From NCBI GenBank assembly GCA_951406725.2, contig OX597816.1:178064001-178128000 (forward strand): a DNA stretch of 64,000 bases, in the 5' to 3' direction. Of this stretch, positions 27,555 through 41,301 are shown piece after piece. The position numbers and the translations under genes were made by a program. Below the pieces are notes generated by a model that was not told the DNA's origin, searched no databases, and worked only from the letters and a program-made list of their open reading frames with translations. Positions within the stretch are counted from its first letter, which is position 1; the number at the start of each line of letters is the position of its first letter. The DNA comes from Octopus vulgaris. Taxonomy: Eukaryota.

Positions 27555-28970
27555 ACTTACTTATTTTTGACAAAATGCGCGTCAAGAATTGTATCCTTGG
27601 GTTTTTCAAAAGATAGTGGAAGCGATTTGATAGATATTTGTCTCCTATTTCTAGCAGGTCTAACATCTCTGAGAGGCTACCTCACGTCGTTTTCGTAGGA
27701 CACTACTTAGTCACCAAGCGACATGCTGATAATTAATAATAGTTAAGTGGGGAGTTTTTATATGATATTATGAAGGATATTTCAGTAGTTACGTAATTTA
27801 CTTAATCCCGGTCGACCGTTCATGAATAAGAGAATACAGCTACCGTTATTCTCCGCTCCCCAAACATTTATAGAGAATGCTAATGCATAAATCGACATGG
27901 TATTGGGCAATGAATTGATAAGTCAGCAGTTACGAGACTCGTAATAGCATTCTTTAAATAATTTATCACAGAAAGCATAAAAGAGTGACAGATTGTGCAC
28001 ACGTTTTTGTTTGTTTGTATTTATCTTTAACTTGTTTCTAGTCATTGGACTGCACCCGCGCTCGAGCACCGACTTCAAAAGCTTTGGTCGAACGAATCGA
28101 TCCCAGCACTTGTTTTTTAGAAATCTGGTACTTAATATATCAGTCTTTTTTTGCCGAACCCCTAAGTTACGAGGACGTAAACAAACCAAAGCCAGTTGCC
28201 TAGTAGCATTTCTTCCAACTTTTCGTTCCGAGTCCAAATGCCGCCGAGGTTCACATTGCGTTTCATTCTTTCTTCGTTGATAAAATAAGTACAAGTTGAG
28301 CACTGTGCGAAAATCTGAAACCAATTTAAAAACAAAAAGATGATCAACTTGAAGAAGAGCAATGTCACTTCTTCAAGAATGGAAGGAATTTCTATCCATC
28401 GTTCACTTAGGCGGTCTTACTCTTGGGAAGGAATGACGGAGAAACGCTCTTGGTACTCTCCGGAGAAGCAAGGAAGCGAGACATTTGCACTGAGCAACGC
28501 TTTGAATCTCAATCCTAACATTTATATTCCCCATCTGCAACTGAAGTTGCGCATTAAACATTGGAGTGTAGTTATAAATGGATTCATAAATGAAGCAGTG
28601 GGGTCGACAGTAGATTTAATGGGCAACAAAAAAGAAAAATGCCTATATTAAGTATGTGTGTGTGTACGCAGGCATACATGCATATATACACAGAGAAACA
28701 GACGCACATATGGAGTAAATTAGCATTTTTCAGTTTTATTTAGACAGGGAAGCCATTAGACATAGTTGAATGTAATCGATAATAAATGCAATATATATAG
28801 AGTACCTTTGACGAGTATTTAGAAAAACACCATGCCTTTCCAGTTTCCGATCAGTGTAACATAAACCAGCATGCATACATACACGAATGCGTACATATAA
28901 ATATATACTCTACCACTGGTATTTGAGTACTCTTTTTCCACCTTGTTTCACATTTATGTGTTTACTCCGG

Positions 28971-29019
<49 letters not shown>

Positions 29020-29075
29020 TATACATATGCTCATAAAGACAGATGCACACACATGCATTTATATACACGTTACAT

Positions 29076-29106
<31 letters not shown>

Positions 29107-29132
29107 CATACATACATACATACATACATACA

Positions 29133-29163
<31 letters not shown>

Positions 29164-29405
29164 GTCGTTAGATTGAGGTGTAAAATATATTTTCATTCTA
29201 CACATTAGAAGTGAAACAACTGGAGTCAAGGTTTACTTAACATTTCGTAATATGAGATACCATCAACGAGTGATCAGCTTTATTGACTTCTGGTTGAGAA
29301 AAATGGTGTTTGTTACGTTCAGGATATTTCCGCTGGATATTCATAGTCAATGAAATAATTACTCTACGGTGCTTGCACACGAACTCACGCTGTTCCTTTA
29401 CATAT

Positions 29406-29456
<51 letters not shown>

Positions 29457-29799
29457 CTCACTTAATCGACCGTCTTAGAAGACGTCATAATGCGAGACTT
29501 CAGAACAGATCTGTTGACTCTCACACTGCTGGTGCAGAAGTCAAATCGCTTGTTTACTATAACCAACTATTTGCACCAGAAATATTTACCTTGACTTTTA
29601 TTCCTGACTACCAACAGCATTACTGTATATGTTTCTATTTCACGTGACTCTATTATGTATGTGTAAATGTCTGTGCGTGGTGTGTGTGTGCGCGCGTGGG
29701 GGTGCGTGTTTGTACATATGCGTGCACTTTATATATATATATATATATATATGTATACACGCGCACCCACATATACACACACGTACATATACATACGTA

Positions 29800-30570
29800 T
29801 TTGGCAAAAGAAAGACGGGAGATGAAATATACGATAATTTATTATTAATCACGACAATTGTTTCGACATATCTAGCATCGATTCTTCATGGGTGGAACAC
29901 TCAACAATTGGTTCAGGAGCATCCGGTGGTGCAGATGTATCTCGTCGGGGAATAAATTAATATAACTCGTTAAAATAACAGTTCTACAATGTGACTTTCT
30001 GTTTTTGTAGAAAGTCACATATATCTTTATTTATATAGAAGATCAAAAATAAATTCACAGATGGCAAAAAGAGAAACGAACACGTAAACCAGCGAGAAAA
30101 GTATTTAAAATACCCATTAACAGATATGGATGATATAAACGCCCTCGGGCAAGCTGCATGGCACAAGTACACTTGCTCATGCAAGCATCTGCACAAATGT
30201 GAGCTTATGCACACATGAGATTTGGTGCACTCATGATCACAAAGCAAGTTAGCTATCAATCTGGTGTTTATAAGAATGTTGAGGTTAAAAGTAAAGTTAA
30301 GTCATCCATACCTTAAAGTAAATGAAATTATATTGACGGTTACTCAAAATTCATTCCCACTGCATTGTGCGAAAGTACATTTATATGCATGTAGGCCTCT
30401 CGAGAGTCGTTCAGAAATTCTATTAATGATCTTCTCGTTAGTCCACAGAATAGAAAGGGATTCCTCGGAGCAGAGACAGCATCTTCTGGAGATTATATTG
30501 TATGGTTTCGTGTACCTTACAATGGACCAATTTATGCTGTGCTTCATTTTATCCTCCTTAAGTCACCATA
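29800..30570 (-). mobile_element. Penelope-like 3' fragment (GIY-YIG C-terminus + pseudo-LTR)
   Basis: HSINWSIV..KPY....RCCLCSEE...I.N aligns with the C-termini of the PLEs at ~20800 and ~34950. Confidence 0.72.
29848..29953 (-). ncRNA. Decayed hammerhead with long stem II
   Basis: Minus strand: CCGACGA-GATACATCTG...TAGATATGTC-GAAA-CAATTG-TC; U4 is C and stem I is eroded. Confidence 0.5.
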
Positions 30571-31086
30571 CAGAAGCCCGTCGTATGTATATGTGGGTGT
30601 GTCTGTGTTTTTCCTCCACCACCGCTTGACAAACGGTGTTGATGTGTCTACGACCCCGTAACTTATATATAAACGTAGAATTCAGTCTTCTCTCGATAAT
30701 TCGCTGCTGTCTTTTCTCGGTAATTCTTAATACTTTTGCTTCAAGAATTGTATGCTCTTGTTAGCATGCACCACTTTTCTTATCTGTCTATCTAATCCAC
30801 TCTGTCTCTATAATACTTCCTCTCTCTTTCTTTCACATTTCTCAGCACAACTCCTGCTTCCTCTTGCACTATTATTTTATCACGTTATCTACCCCTTCAT
30901 ATTATAGAACACTACCTTCTTCCCATTATTATTCTTACATGAGCTGTTTATTTCTCTCACACACTTTCATCACTCCATATATTCCACTTTGCTCGAATGA
31001 CTGCCGGGATTTCTCTTGCAATTTAGCTACTAATTATCACAGTCTTCTCTCTCTTTCTCTCTCGCTCACTCATTCTCTCTTGTTCC

Positions 31087-31139
<53 letters not shown>

Positions 31140-32508
31140 TTGAATCTCTATCTGTTTATTATATATCTAATCCACTCTTCTTTATAACATGTTCTCCTCT
31201 ACATTATACAGAACAGCCACTGCTTTCTCGTTTCACATTATAACAGTAACAGGAAAGGGATAACCAGCCAACAAAGAACATACGACTCAGCGTTTTATAC
31301 AGTAAGAATCTGGAACTAAGGCATCTGTAGAAATCTAGAAAGAAATCCAGTACGGCATCTCTCATTAAAAATCTTCACCTCATTTTATCTCTGACGGAGT
31401 TTAAATGTAAGTCGATTATGGGCGCTTGGCAGCCGAAATGCTGACATGTACTCACACCTCTCCATCTACTAGATATTGCAATTGATTAAACAATAAATTT
31501 ACATTATGTACGAACAAGAGTGATAATGACACCAGAAACTTATTGTGACGCATTTTACAGACATGTCCAGAAGAAATTCACACCTAACATTTATAGAAAA
31601 CTGTCAGTGATATTTGGTCTATAAGTACTACCGATGGGGAATGTCAGTTCACGAGAAGCTGTACAAGCACGGCAATTCGAATCGCAGAAAATATTAGAAA
31701 TGAAGTAAGTTGAACGAAACTGTTAAACGCATGCCCCCTAGTGTGTCAACGTGGACATACGTCATTTGTGATATATTTTTGGATTTATGCAAATAGTTGC
31801 TTCACTGAATAGAACAGTTCAAGTTTTCTAACGAGTCTTTTGCAAACATTATTTTTGGACAACTTTCTTTAATAAATGTTGTTGTTGTTGTTATTGCTAG
31901 ATTACAAATCAACTCTGACCAACAGTCAAAGTTCCACCCATGACAATCCCATCTCTCATCTGGTTGCAGATATTTAAAACTGAAGAATCCAATGTACACT
32001 TTTTTCAAGACAGCAGATGTGACTTGAAGATTTTGCTGCTATTTCTAGCAAGCCGAGAGACTATGTATTGGCTACCTCTGTCTGGCAGTAATAGCTTGGA
32101 ACATATGAGAACAGGCTTTTCTCCTCCGCACTCATCAATTCTGTCAAGTACCACTTGATGTGAAGGTGAGAATAGAGAAGAAAGCAAGGGGAGTTCTTGC
32201 ATATTTTTTTTTTTTTGTCACAAATTAATTATTAGGTCGAGTGATGAGCTGAGAGTGGCTGGATGGCAAACGTTTCATGCTTCGTTTGAAGATGGACAAT
32301 AGAGAGAAGTTATTTGCATTTACGATGATAGCAATCAAGGTGTATAGGGTGCCTTGATTTGTTTGCTTTGACTGTCTTTTGGGAGGATATATTTTATTTT
32401 TCTTATTCATGGTTTTGTTCTTCTAACTCTATATATGATATTTTATATACACTTCTTTCTCAGCTCAGTCGGGTTTTTTTTTGTTACATTATTTCACCTT
32501 TATTAAGT

Positions 32509-32566
<58 letters not shown>

Positions 32567-32635
32567 CCACTAGATCGGTAGCCACTACACACATTTTTTC
32601 TCTCCTTGTTTTTCTCCTTGTTTCTTTCTGTGTTC

Positions 32636-32671
32636 CTTTCTGTGGAAGAGCGTAGGCTCGAAACGTTAAAG
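32636..32671 (+). ncRNA. Minimal hammerhead-like motif with CUGUGGA core, in a ~200-bp insert between (TA)n tracts
   Basis: CTTT-CTGTGGA-a-GAGC gtag GCTC-GAAA-CGT-T-AAAG; all stems are intact and A6 is U. Confidence 0.6.
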
Positions 32672-32759
32672 ACTTTTTTCAATTCCCAAGCGTTATACTA
32701 ATACATCTGTTTGTTTTCTACACCACCAGTCTTCGTCTGTTGTTTTTTTCGTGAATTCT

Positions 32760-32796
<37 letters not shown>

Positions 32797-32978
32797 TTTC
32801 AAATTTTGACACAAGAGCTGCAATACCTCAACTGGTACTTATTTTATCAACTCTAAAAATCAAACTCGATATTAGTGGAAATTGAACTCGGAATGTAACG
32901 AGGATGAAATATTGCTAAGCATTTTTCCCGGTATGTCGATGGTTCTGAGAGCACACATCCTCCATTAGTATATATATC

Positions 32979-33780
32979 GAAAGAATAGTTCATGTTCCAT
33001 CTACTCGTGCTTCGTATTTTTTTGTTGTACACGTTTCCTGACGTCCTGTGCCCACATATATACGTATAGATGTATGTACATATGCGTATGTATATATGCA
33101 CATATATATATTATTTATATTATTTTATGATTGAACGCCACGCATCCCCTTCCAAGTAAGTTTTCTCTTAATAATTCTCATACGCACTCTATACGATCTT
33201 TTTACTCTTTCGCTTTTCTCTCTTTCTTTCTCTTATTCTTTTATTTCCTCTTCTCCCACTATTCTATCCTATTACTCTGTCACTCTTTCTCTCCCTCACT
33301 CCTCTTCCCTTCCTCATGTGGCACCCACGTGAACATCGGCCATCTTTCTTCTCCTAACTTGTGTTTCTTTCTTTCTCTCCGTTGTATCTGGAACAAGAAA
33401 GACGTGTTCTTGTTTGTCTCCTGTCCAAGCTTGATTTACGCGTTCACCACCACAATCTCGTTTAGGCTAAGCAGCCCTTCCTGTTTGTTTTCACTGTTCT
33501 GTTTGTGCTACAAATTTTGACCCGCAAAAATCCCAAATTTTATTTCATTTGCTTTGCGGGAGCAACTGTTTTATCGAAAGCGTATATTGTTGTTAAATAC
33601 TCGAAATACGAGACAAGACAAACAGCCAACAACTGATGAAGAGTCATTCCTTATGTTATTTGTCTCGTTTTCCATTTGTGTCTTTCATTGCACGAAAGAA
33701 TAGTTCTTGTTCCATGTACTCGTGCTTCGTATGTTTTGTTGTACACGTTTCGTGACGTCCTGTGCCCACATATCCACATA

Positions 33781-33785
<5 letters not shown>
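32979..33785 (+). mobile_element. PLE pseudo-LTR-like non-coding element with ~80-bp tail duplicated upstream
   Basis: 32979-33060 repeats 33694-33775; related to 43770-44395; ends in (TA)n. Confidence 0.55.
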
Positions 33786-33842
<57 letters not shown>

Positions 33843-33959
33843 TATATGTATTATATATATATATATACATACATATATATGTAAATATATATGTGTGTAT
33901 ATATACATACATATATTTGTATATATATATATATATATATATGTATATAATGTGTACAT

Positions 33960-35905
33960 AATTAAGAGAAGGAACCTCTATTAAGTAATTCAATAGTGAA
34001 GGACATCATTTATATCATATACAAAAAATTTAAATATAGTATAATAAATATTATTCAAAAAAATTACTAAATTAAATAACATTAAATTGACTACGCGCGG
34101 ATATAATAATAGTATTAAATTCTTTAATAATTGTAAATATAATTATAATATAAAAGATTATAATATAAATGATTCCTATGATATTTTTAATAATAAATCT
34201 AATATTAAGAATTTTATTTAATAATATTAAAAGTTTTATTTATGTAATTATGGTTTTAATAATAGGTATTATGATAATACAAAAAACAAATATAATAGAC
34301 TAAAAGATAAGAATAAATTTAATTCGTTTAATGATAATAATAAATATAACAATATAATAAATAAAAATAATGTTAATAAGAACAAAATTTAGCTAATTAT
34401 TCCTTATGGGGCACAAGTTAAAAATATATTATTAAAGAGATATTAAAATTAATTAAGGTATTCATTATAGGTAATAAAAAATATAATAACATTTGTTCTA
34501 GTAATAATTTTGGAGTTGGTTATTCTACTACCAATAATGTTGGTAACATTATTTCTTCTTTTAATAGATTTAAGCTTAATAAGTTTTACAGTAACAAATT
34601 AAATAATTATTCCAATTATAATAAAGACCAGAATATAATTAATTGCGCATGTAGAGACAAAATTTATATTTTGTCTTAACAAAATATAAATTTTAGAATA
34701 AATGTAATTTAGATGATGTAGTATATAAATGTGTAATGACTTTGATTGATGATAATATTAATACGAATAGTTATAATTTAAATGCGATTTACGTGGGGTC
34801 GACTTCTAATAAAATTAAATTAAGGGTGGCTCAACACATGCATTCATTTAATAATAAAGCATTGATTAATTCTACTGGCCTTAGCAAATATGTATGGGAA
34901 TTGAAATCTAAAGGAATTAAGTATAATGTAAATTGGGAGATAGTTTGTAAAGCTAAATCTTATCGAATAGGTAATAATTTTTGTTTACTATGTACAAATG
35001 AATTTATGGTGATATTACTATCTAATAATAAAAAATTAATTAATTCCAAGATGAGAGAAAAATTAAATGTAGACATAAGTTAATTTACTAATATAAAATG
35101 TTTAGCTAATTGGTGTATATATTTAACCCTGATTTATGTTATTAATTTTTGTAGTAGTATAATGAGTATAAATTAGCAGTAGATTATGTAGTGTATATTA
35201 CATAATTAGAATAAGTTTAAACCAAGATGTTTATAAAATAAGTTGATGAATATAGATTAAGTTATCGAAATTTAGTTTATTTTATATATTTTACATATTT
35301 TAGTTTTAAAATATTGAAAATTTAGAATTTTTACAGTAAATGGTATATTACATATAATTTATTTCTTATATTCACAGCTAAAATACATATTTCTATCTAT
35401 TTATTCTATAGTTATTATTTACGTCATGTTTTCACGTAATAAATGTCTTTTAACGTTTGAAATTTCAGTTAACTGAAATTCTTCAATAAGTTATGATTTT
35501 ATTTTTCATTAATATTGTTATATTTTATTCGATTAGTTAGTATTAAGATACGTATACTTCTATATTTATTTGTTAATTATTATATGTGAAGATACATACA
35601 TTTATTTTCTTATTATTTTAGACCTGAATCGAATTAATTTTAATAGTATCGATTTTATTATTATCAATTTAAAAATATAGTCACGAAACGCGCATAGTCA
35701 ATTCAATGTTTATTTAATTTAGTGATTTTTTCGAATAATACTTATTATAGTATATTTAAATTTTTTCTATATAATATAGATAATGTCCTTCACTATTGAA
35801 TTAGTTAATGGAGGTCCTTTCTCTTAATTGAAATATTGTGAAATTTGATTTAGAATTGCTAAATTGAATTTTTCCCTGTAAGTTTGGAATTATATTCCCT
35901 ACTAT
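33960..35905 (+). mobile_element. 5'-truncated Penelope-like element (GIY-YIG) with inverted pseudo-LTR at its 5' end
   Basis: IYVGST..IKLR...H..SF...STGLSKYVWELK...CLLCTNE; 33960-34099 is the reverse complement of 35689-35829. Confidence 0.88.
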
Positions 35906-35945
35906 AATATATATATATATAAACTATTATATATTCCCTATATAT

Positions 35946-35981
<36 letters not shown>

Positions 35982-36414
35982 ATTTGATTTTTTTTTATTT
36001 TTCTAGTTTCAGCTCATGAGCTGTGGCCATGCTGGGGCACCGCCATTTATATTAGAAAGAACATATATATATATGAGAGAGAGATTTTGGTATCTAGAAA
36101 ACCCATGATCTCAAAAACAGGAATATTCCATATAACTTATCATGGTCCATAATAGATTCGGATCTTCCATACAAGGGTCAACCTGTAAGTTATGCCTAAA
36201 AGAGGCATTCCACATACACTAGGCATAAGGCCTGGAATTTTGGGGGAGGAGTCCAGTCGATTAGATCGGCATAATCTATAACAGCGTTTCTCAACCTTAT
36301 CATTTTGGGTTCCCTGTTTCGATTGGAACCTCCAGCTGTATGAAAATTCCTTGACTCCCCACTCCTTGTCAGAAAACAGCTTCAAGAGTTGTGAAGAATG
36401 AATTTGTACTTAGT

Positions 36415-36621
36415 CTGTTTCTGAGAGCTATTCTATTGAATCTCTGTCTAATCATTAAAACATTAATTTCATAATGAACATAGAAAGACATTATACATTA
36501 ATCCCTATTTTTGTAAGCAGTTGTATCCATAAAAAATTTTATTTGCAGAGAGCAGAAATTGAAAGAAGATATATCAAATGGACGTGAGTGTGTGTGTGTG
36601 TGTGTATGTGTGTGTGTGTGT

Positions 36622-36666
<45 letters not shown>

Positions 36667-37075
36667 GGTGCGTGTGTGTGTGCTTGCGCTGGTGTATGTG
36701 AGAGAGAAAAAGGGTGAGAAAGAGAGATAGAGTCAGTGAGTGAGTGAAGGTTTGTGTCGTGATGATTGACGTATTTGTAGGTAGCCTGTTTCTGAGAGCT
36801 ATTCTATTGGACCTCTGTCTAATCATTAAAACATAGATTTAATTATGAACGTAGAAAGAAATTATACATTAATCCCTGTTTTTGTAAGCAGCTGTATCCG
36901 TAAAAAATTTGATTTGCGGAGACCAGAAATTGAAAGAAGATATATGAAATGGATTTGTGTGTGTGTGCGTATGCGTGTATGTGTGTGTATGAGAGAGAGA
37001 GAGTGAGAGAAAGAGGGTAAGAAAGAGAGATAGAGTGAGTGAGTGAAGGTTTGTGTCGTGATGGTTGACGTCTTT
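36415..37075. repeat. 371-bp-period tandem duplication, possibly inside a hAT-like non-autonomous element starting cagcgtttctcaacctt at 36281
   Basis: ctgtttctgagagctattctattg... at 36415 and 36786. The hAT link rests on one TIR-like end only. Confidence 0.7.
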
Positions 37076-37968
37076 TAAGGTACACACACATACATAGAAA
37101 ATGTGAGATCATCGTATAAAATTTTTTACGATAGTTGATTTATGGAAAAGATTATGTTAAATTTTTAAATCCAAATATGTGAATGAAAATTAAGTTTAGA
37201 CCTCCCCAAGGTAGCTGGATCTGGTAGAAATAGCAGCCAAATCTCCCTCAAAACACCCTACAGTCTTAATCCAACAATTCTGCCTATTATATAGTTTGAA
37301 TAAGAAACTGTAACTAAAGATTAAGATTATTAACCCCACAAAGAAGTGAAAGAAGAGAGACAGCATAGCGAAAGTTTTGGCTGACTGTCATCCTATACTC
37401 CCCTTGTTGCTAGCGAAATGGTATATGCCAACTGTGTAAGCAACTGGTTGTTTTAATGGCGGAACAAACAGGGGAATTCCATTAGAAAGAGCTTTAATCG
37501 ATTAGGACAAAATACAATCCGCATTCCAATCTATGCACTCGTCTCCCCATGTGTGCCATTTTTCATGCAAATCCACCCAGCCATTTGGCTGTGAACCTCA
37601 AGACAAGAAAGAATACAACGATCGCCCATGTCCAATTTATATATATATATATATAAAATATATAATATAATATATATATAATATATATAATATACATATA
37701 ATATATATAATATATAATATATATATTGTATAATATATATCTATATATAATATATATAATATATATAATATAATATGCATATGATATATATATATATGTA
37801 ATATAATTATATAACATAATATATATATATAATTTATATATACTTGTTTTATATATATATAATATTATATATATAATTATTATATACATGCTATGTGTAT
37901 ATATAAGTATTATATATATATATGTATATATATACGCATATACATACATACAAATATATTATATATAT

Positions 37969-38352
37969 AGGTGTAGCTGTGTGGTCAGTAGCTTTCTTAC
38001 CAACCACATGGTTTCGGGTTCAGTCCCACTGCATGGTACCTCGGGTAAATGTCTTCTACTATAGCCTCGGCCTGACCAAAGCCTTGTGAGTGGATTTCAT
38101 AAATGAAAACTGAAAAAGCCCGTCGGATATGTGTGTGTATGTGTGTTTCAGTGTCTGTTTGTCCCCCTACTATCGCTTTACAACCGATGCTGGTGTGTTT
38201 ACAACCCCCCGCCAACTAGCGATTCGGTAAAAGAGACCGATATAATATGTAGTAAGCTTACAAAGAAAAGTCCTGGGTCAATTTGTTCGACTAAAGGCGG
38301 TGCTTCAGCATGGCCGCAGTGAAAGAACTGAAACAAATACAAGAATAAAAGA
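37969..38352 (+). mobile_element. SINE family A, older copy
   Basis: Colinear with 40234-40645. Confidence 0.88.
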
Positions 38353-38366
38353 AATTATATATATAT

Positions 38367-38414
<48 letters not shown>

Positions 38415-38513
38415 CCTTTATTCCTTTGGAATGAAAACATGCTGTCTTCGAAACATATGTCGAGAGTAAAGGAATTTTGTTAACATCTTCGTTCGACTCC
38501 ATTCTTTCATTTA

Positions 38514-38629
<116 letters not shown>

Positions 38630-38731
38630 CAAGGAAAAATTATAAAAAGGCAGAATGCTTAATTGAAGGTAAATTTTAATGAAAATGAGTGTATGGAAAA
38701 TTTAGAAAAATTCTTTTTAAAATATATATAT

Positions 38732-38774
38732 TAATTCAAACCGGTTTTCGTCGCAATGCGACTTTTCAAAAATT
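38732..38774 (-). ncRNA. Hammerhead, U3-A8 core variant (pLTR copy 1)
   Basis: AATTT-TTGAAAA-GTCGC att GCGAC-GAAA-ACCGGT-TT-GAATT. Confidence 0.68.
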
Positions 38775-39291
38775 GTAAGGTGAAAAGAAAATTTTTTTTT
38801 ATAATTGAGGAGGGGGAAAAAATAAAATTACATTGTATTTTGCAAAAAAATAATAAACATATACAAAAATTTAAAAATAGGTACACCGATACATTGTAAA
38901 GTCTTTGTGTATATCGAGTTCAATGATAGTTGGAGGATTAAGATCCATGTGATTAAATCCATGTGGTGTTTAATTTAGGATGTTTGTTAACTGAATGTCA
39001 AAACAGGAAATGGGGTAGGAGTTATCCAGTTCCTGTGAGTAAGGGGAGACAACTCTGTGGATTTTATGCTCTTCAACTGGGATTATCAATTTTTTGTAAG
39101 ATATGATGTTAATAAACCTTAAATTATAAAATTATCATTTTAGTTTCATTTGCATTATCTTTTTTTATTATAATTGTTTGCTAACTTAACATTCAGATTT
39201 TAACACTTTATTTATATTGTTTTCTAATTATATAAATTTACACAAACCAATTTATAATTTCATTTCAGATTGTTATGTCATATATAATAAA

Positions 39292-39354
<63 letters not shown>

Positions 39355-40020
39355 AAGAATATAAGTTTTAGCTTGAAGCGATAACTGCATGATATCCTTA
39401 TATATTTGTATTAGTCCATCCATGAAGAATGAGGTAGGAAAAAGAGGTATGATTATCGTGGAGTTTGCATATTAAGATGCGTTTTGAATTTTTCAATAAA
39501 AAGATTCTCCTTCTTCATTGTGTGGTGATTCCGTCTTTACATTGGTAGGAGGGGAATACGTAAAATTTGAGATTTTTGTCTTTAGCGCACGAGTCTATGT
39601 GGCAACTTAGTAGAATTTGACGGTATTCTGGGAGATTTATTTGTTCTTTATGGACCGCTACTCTTTTACGTAAAGGGAGGCTCGTTTGTCCAACATAATT
39701 ATGTTGGCAACCGGCGCATGCGAGGACGTAGATAAGGTTCTCGGAGGAACAGGAGAAGTTGGCCTTGATTTTAAACTTTGTTCCTTGTTTGAAGATAAAT
39801 TCAGAGCCTTCAAGTAGGAAGGGGATTCATTTAACAAACATCCTAAATTAAACACCACATGGATTTAATTACATGGATCTTAATCCTCCGAGGTAATTTT
39901 TCCAATGTATCGGTGTACCTATTTTTTAATTTTTGTATATGTTTATTATTTTTTTGCAAAAAACAATGTAATTTTCTTTTTCCCCCTCCTCAATTAAAAA
40001 AAAAATTTCTTTTCACCTTA

Positions 40021-40064
40021 TAATTCTTGAAAAGTCGCATTGCGATGAAAACCGGTTTGAATTA
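40021..40064 (+). ncRNA. Hammerhead, U3-A8 core variant (pLTR copy 2)
   Basis: TAATTC-TTGAAAA-GTCGC att GCGAT-GAAA-ACCGGT-TT-GAATTA. Confidence 0.68.
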
Positions 40065-40233
40065 ATATATATATATTTTTTTTTTATTTTTTAAAATTTT
40101 CCATACACCCATTTTCATTAAAATTTACCTTCAATTTAGCATTCTGCCTTTTTATAATTTTTCCTTGCCTATCATTCTCCACGTACGGTCAACGCAACCC
40201 CACCATTTATTGATTTATATATATATATATATA

Positions 40234-40645
40234 AGGCGCAGGGGTGGCTGTGTGGTAAGTAGCTTGCTAACCAACCACATGGTTCCGGGTTCAGTCCCAC
40301 TGCGTGGCATCTTGGGCAAGTGTCTTCTGCTATAGTACCGGGCCGACCAATGCCTTGTGAGTGGATTTGGTAGACGGAAACTGAAAGAAGCCCGTCGTAT
40401 ATATGTATATATATGTATATGCATGTGTGTGTGCTTGTGTGTCTGTGTTTGTCTCCCTAGCATTGCTTGACAACCGATGCTGGTGTGTTTACGTCCCCGT
40501 CACTTAGCAGTTCGGCAAAAGAGACCGATAGAATAAGTACTTGGCTTACAAAGAATAAGTCCCGGGGTCGATTTACTCGACTAAAGGCGGTGCTCCAGCA
40601 TGGCCGCAGTCAAATGACTGAAACAAGTAAAAGAGTAAAAGAGTA
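40234..40645 (+). mobile_element. SINE family A, full length
   Basis: tRNA-like head ggcgcaggggtggctgtgtggt...gggttcagtccc; tail (aaaagagt)n. Confidence 0.92.
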
Positions 40646-41175
40646 TATATATATTTACATATTATATTCTCTTTAACTTTCCTAGAGTTAAATATTTCTC
40701 GATCATCTCCTTAAATGTTCTTTCTTTCTTTCTCTCTCTCTCTCTCATTCTCTCTCTCTCTCTCTATCTCTCTTTCTCTCTCTCTCTCTCTCTCTTGACG
40801 TTCCTAAAGGTATATATTTCGATTAACTATATATGTATATAAATGTGTGTGTGTGTGTATATGTGTGTACAGATTCTAGACTCTGTCTTTCATTTTCTCT
40901 CCTTAAACATTCTCTCTCGTTCTCTCTGGGCGTTCCTTAAGTTATGTATTTCGATTTTTTTCACCTACGTTGAGTACCCTATTTTAGAATCATCTTAGCA
41001 CTCTACGATACCTTTTACTCTCTTTCACCCACCCTATTACAGACCACCTTATTTCTTTCCTACACATAACGACACCTCTTGTTTCAGACTCCTTATTTCA
41101 TATTCTATTATCATTATCTTTTCGACACAAACTTCGACACAAACTACCGCATCATTCTCGCAAACACCCTATTAC

Positions 41176-41247
<72 letters not shown>

Positions 41248-41301
41248 TTATTCTATAAAAAATCAACAGATGAACACGAATAACCGCAAACAATACAAAA
41301 G

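Noticed and set aside
40234-40305. tRNA gene
   Set aside because: It is the tRNA-derived head of a multi-copy SINE.
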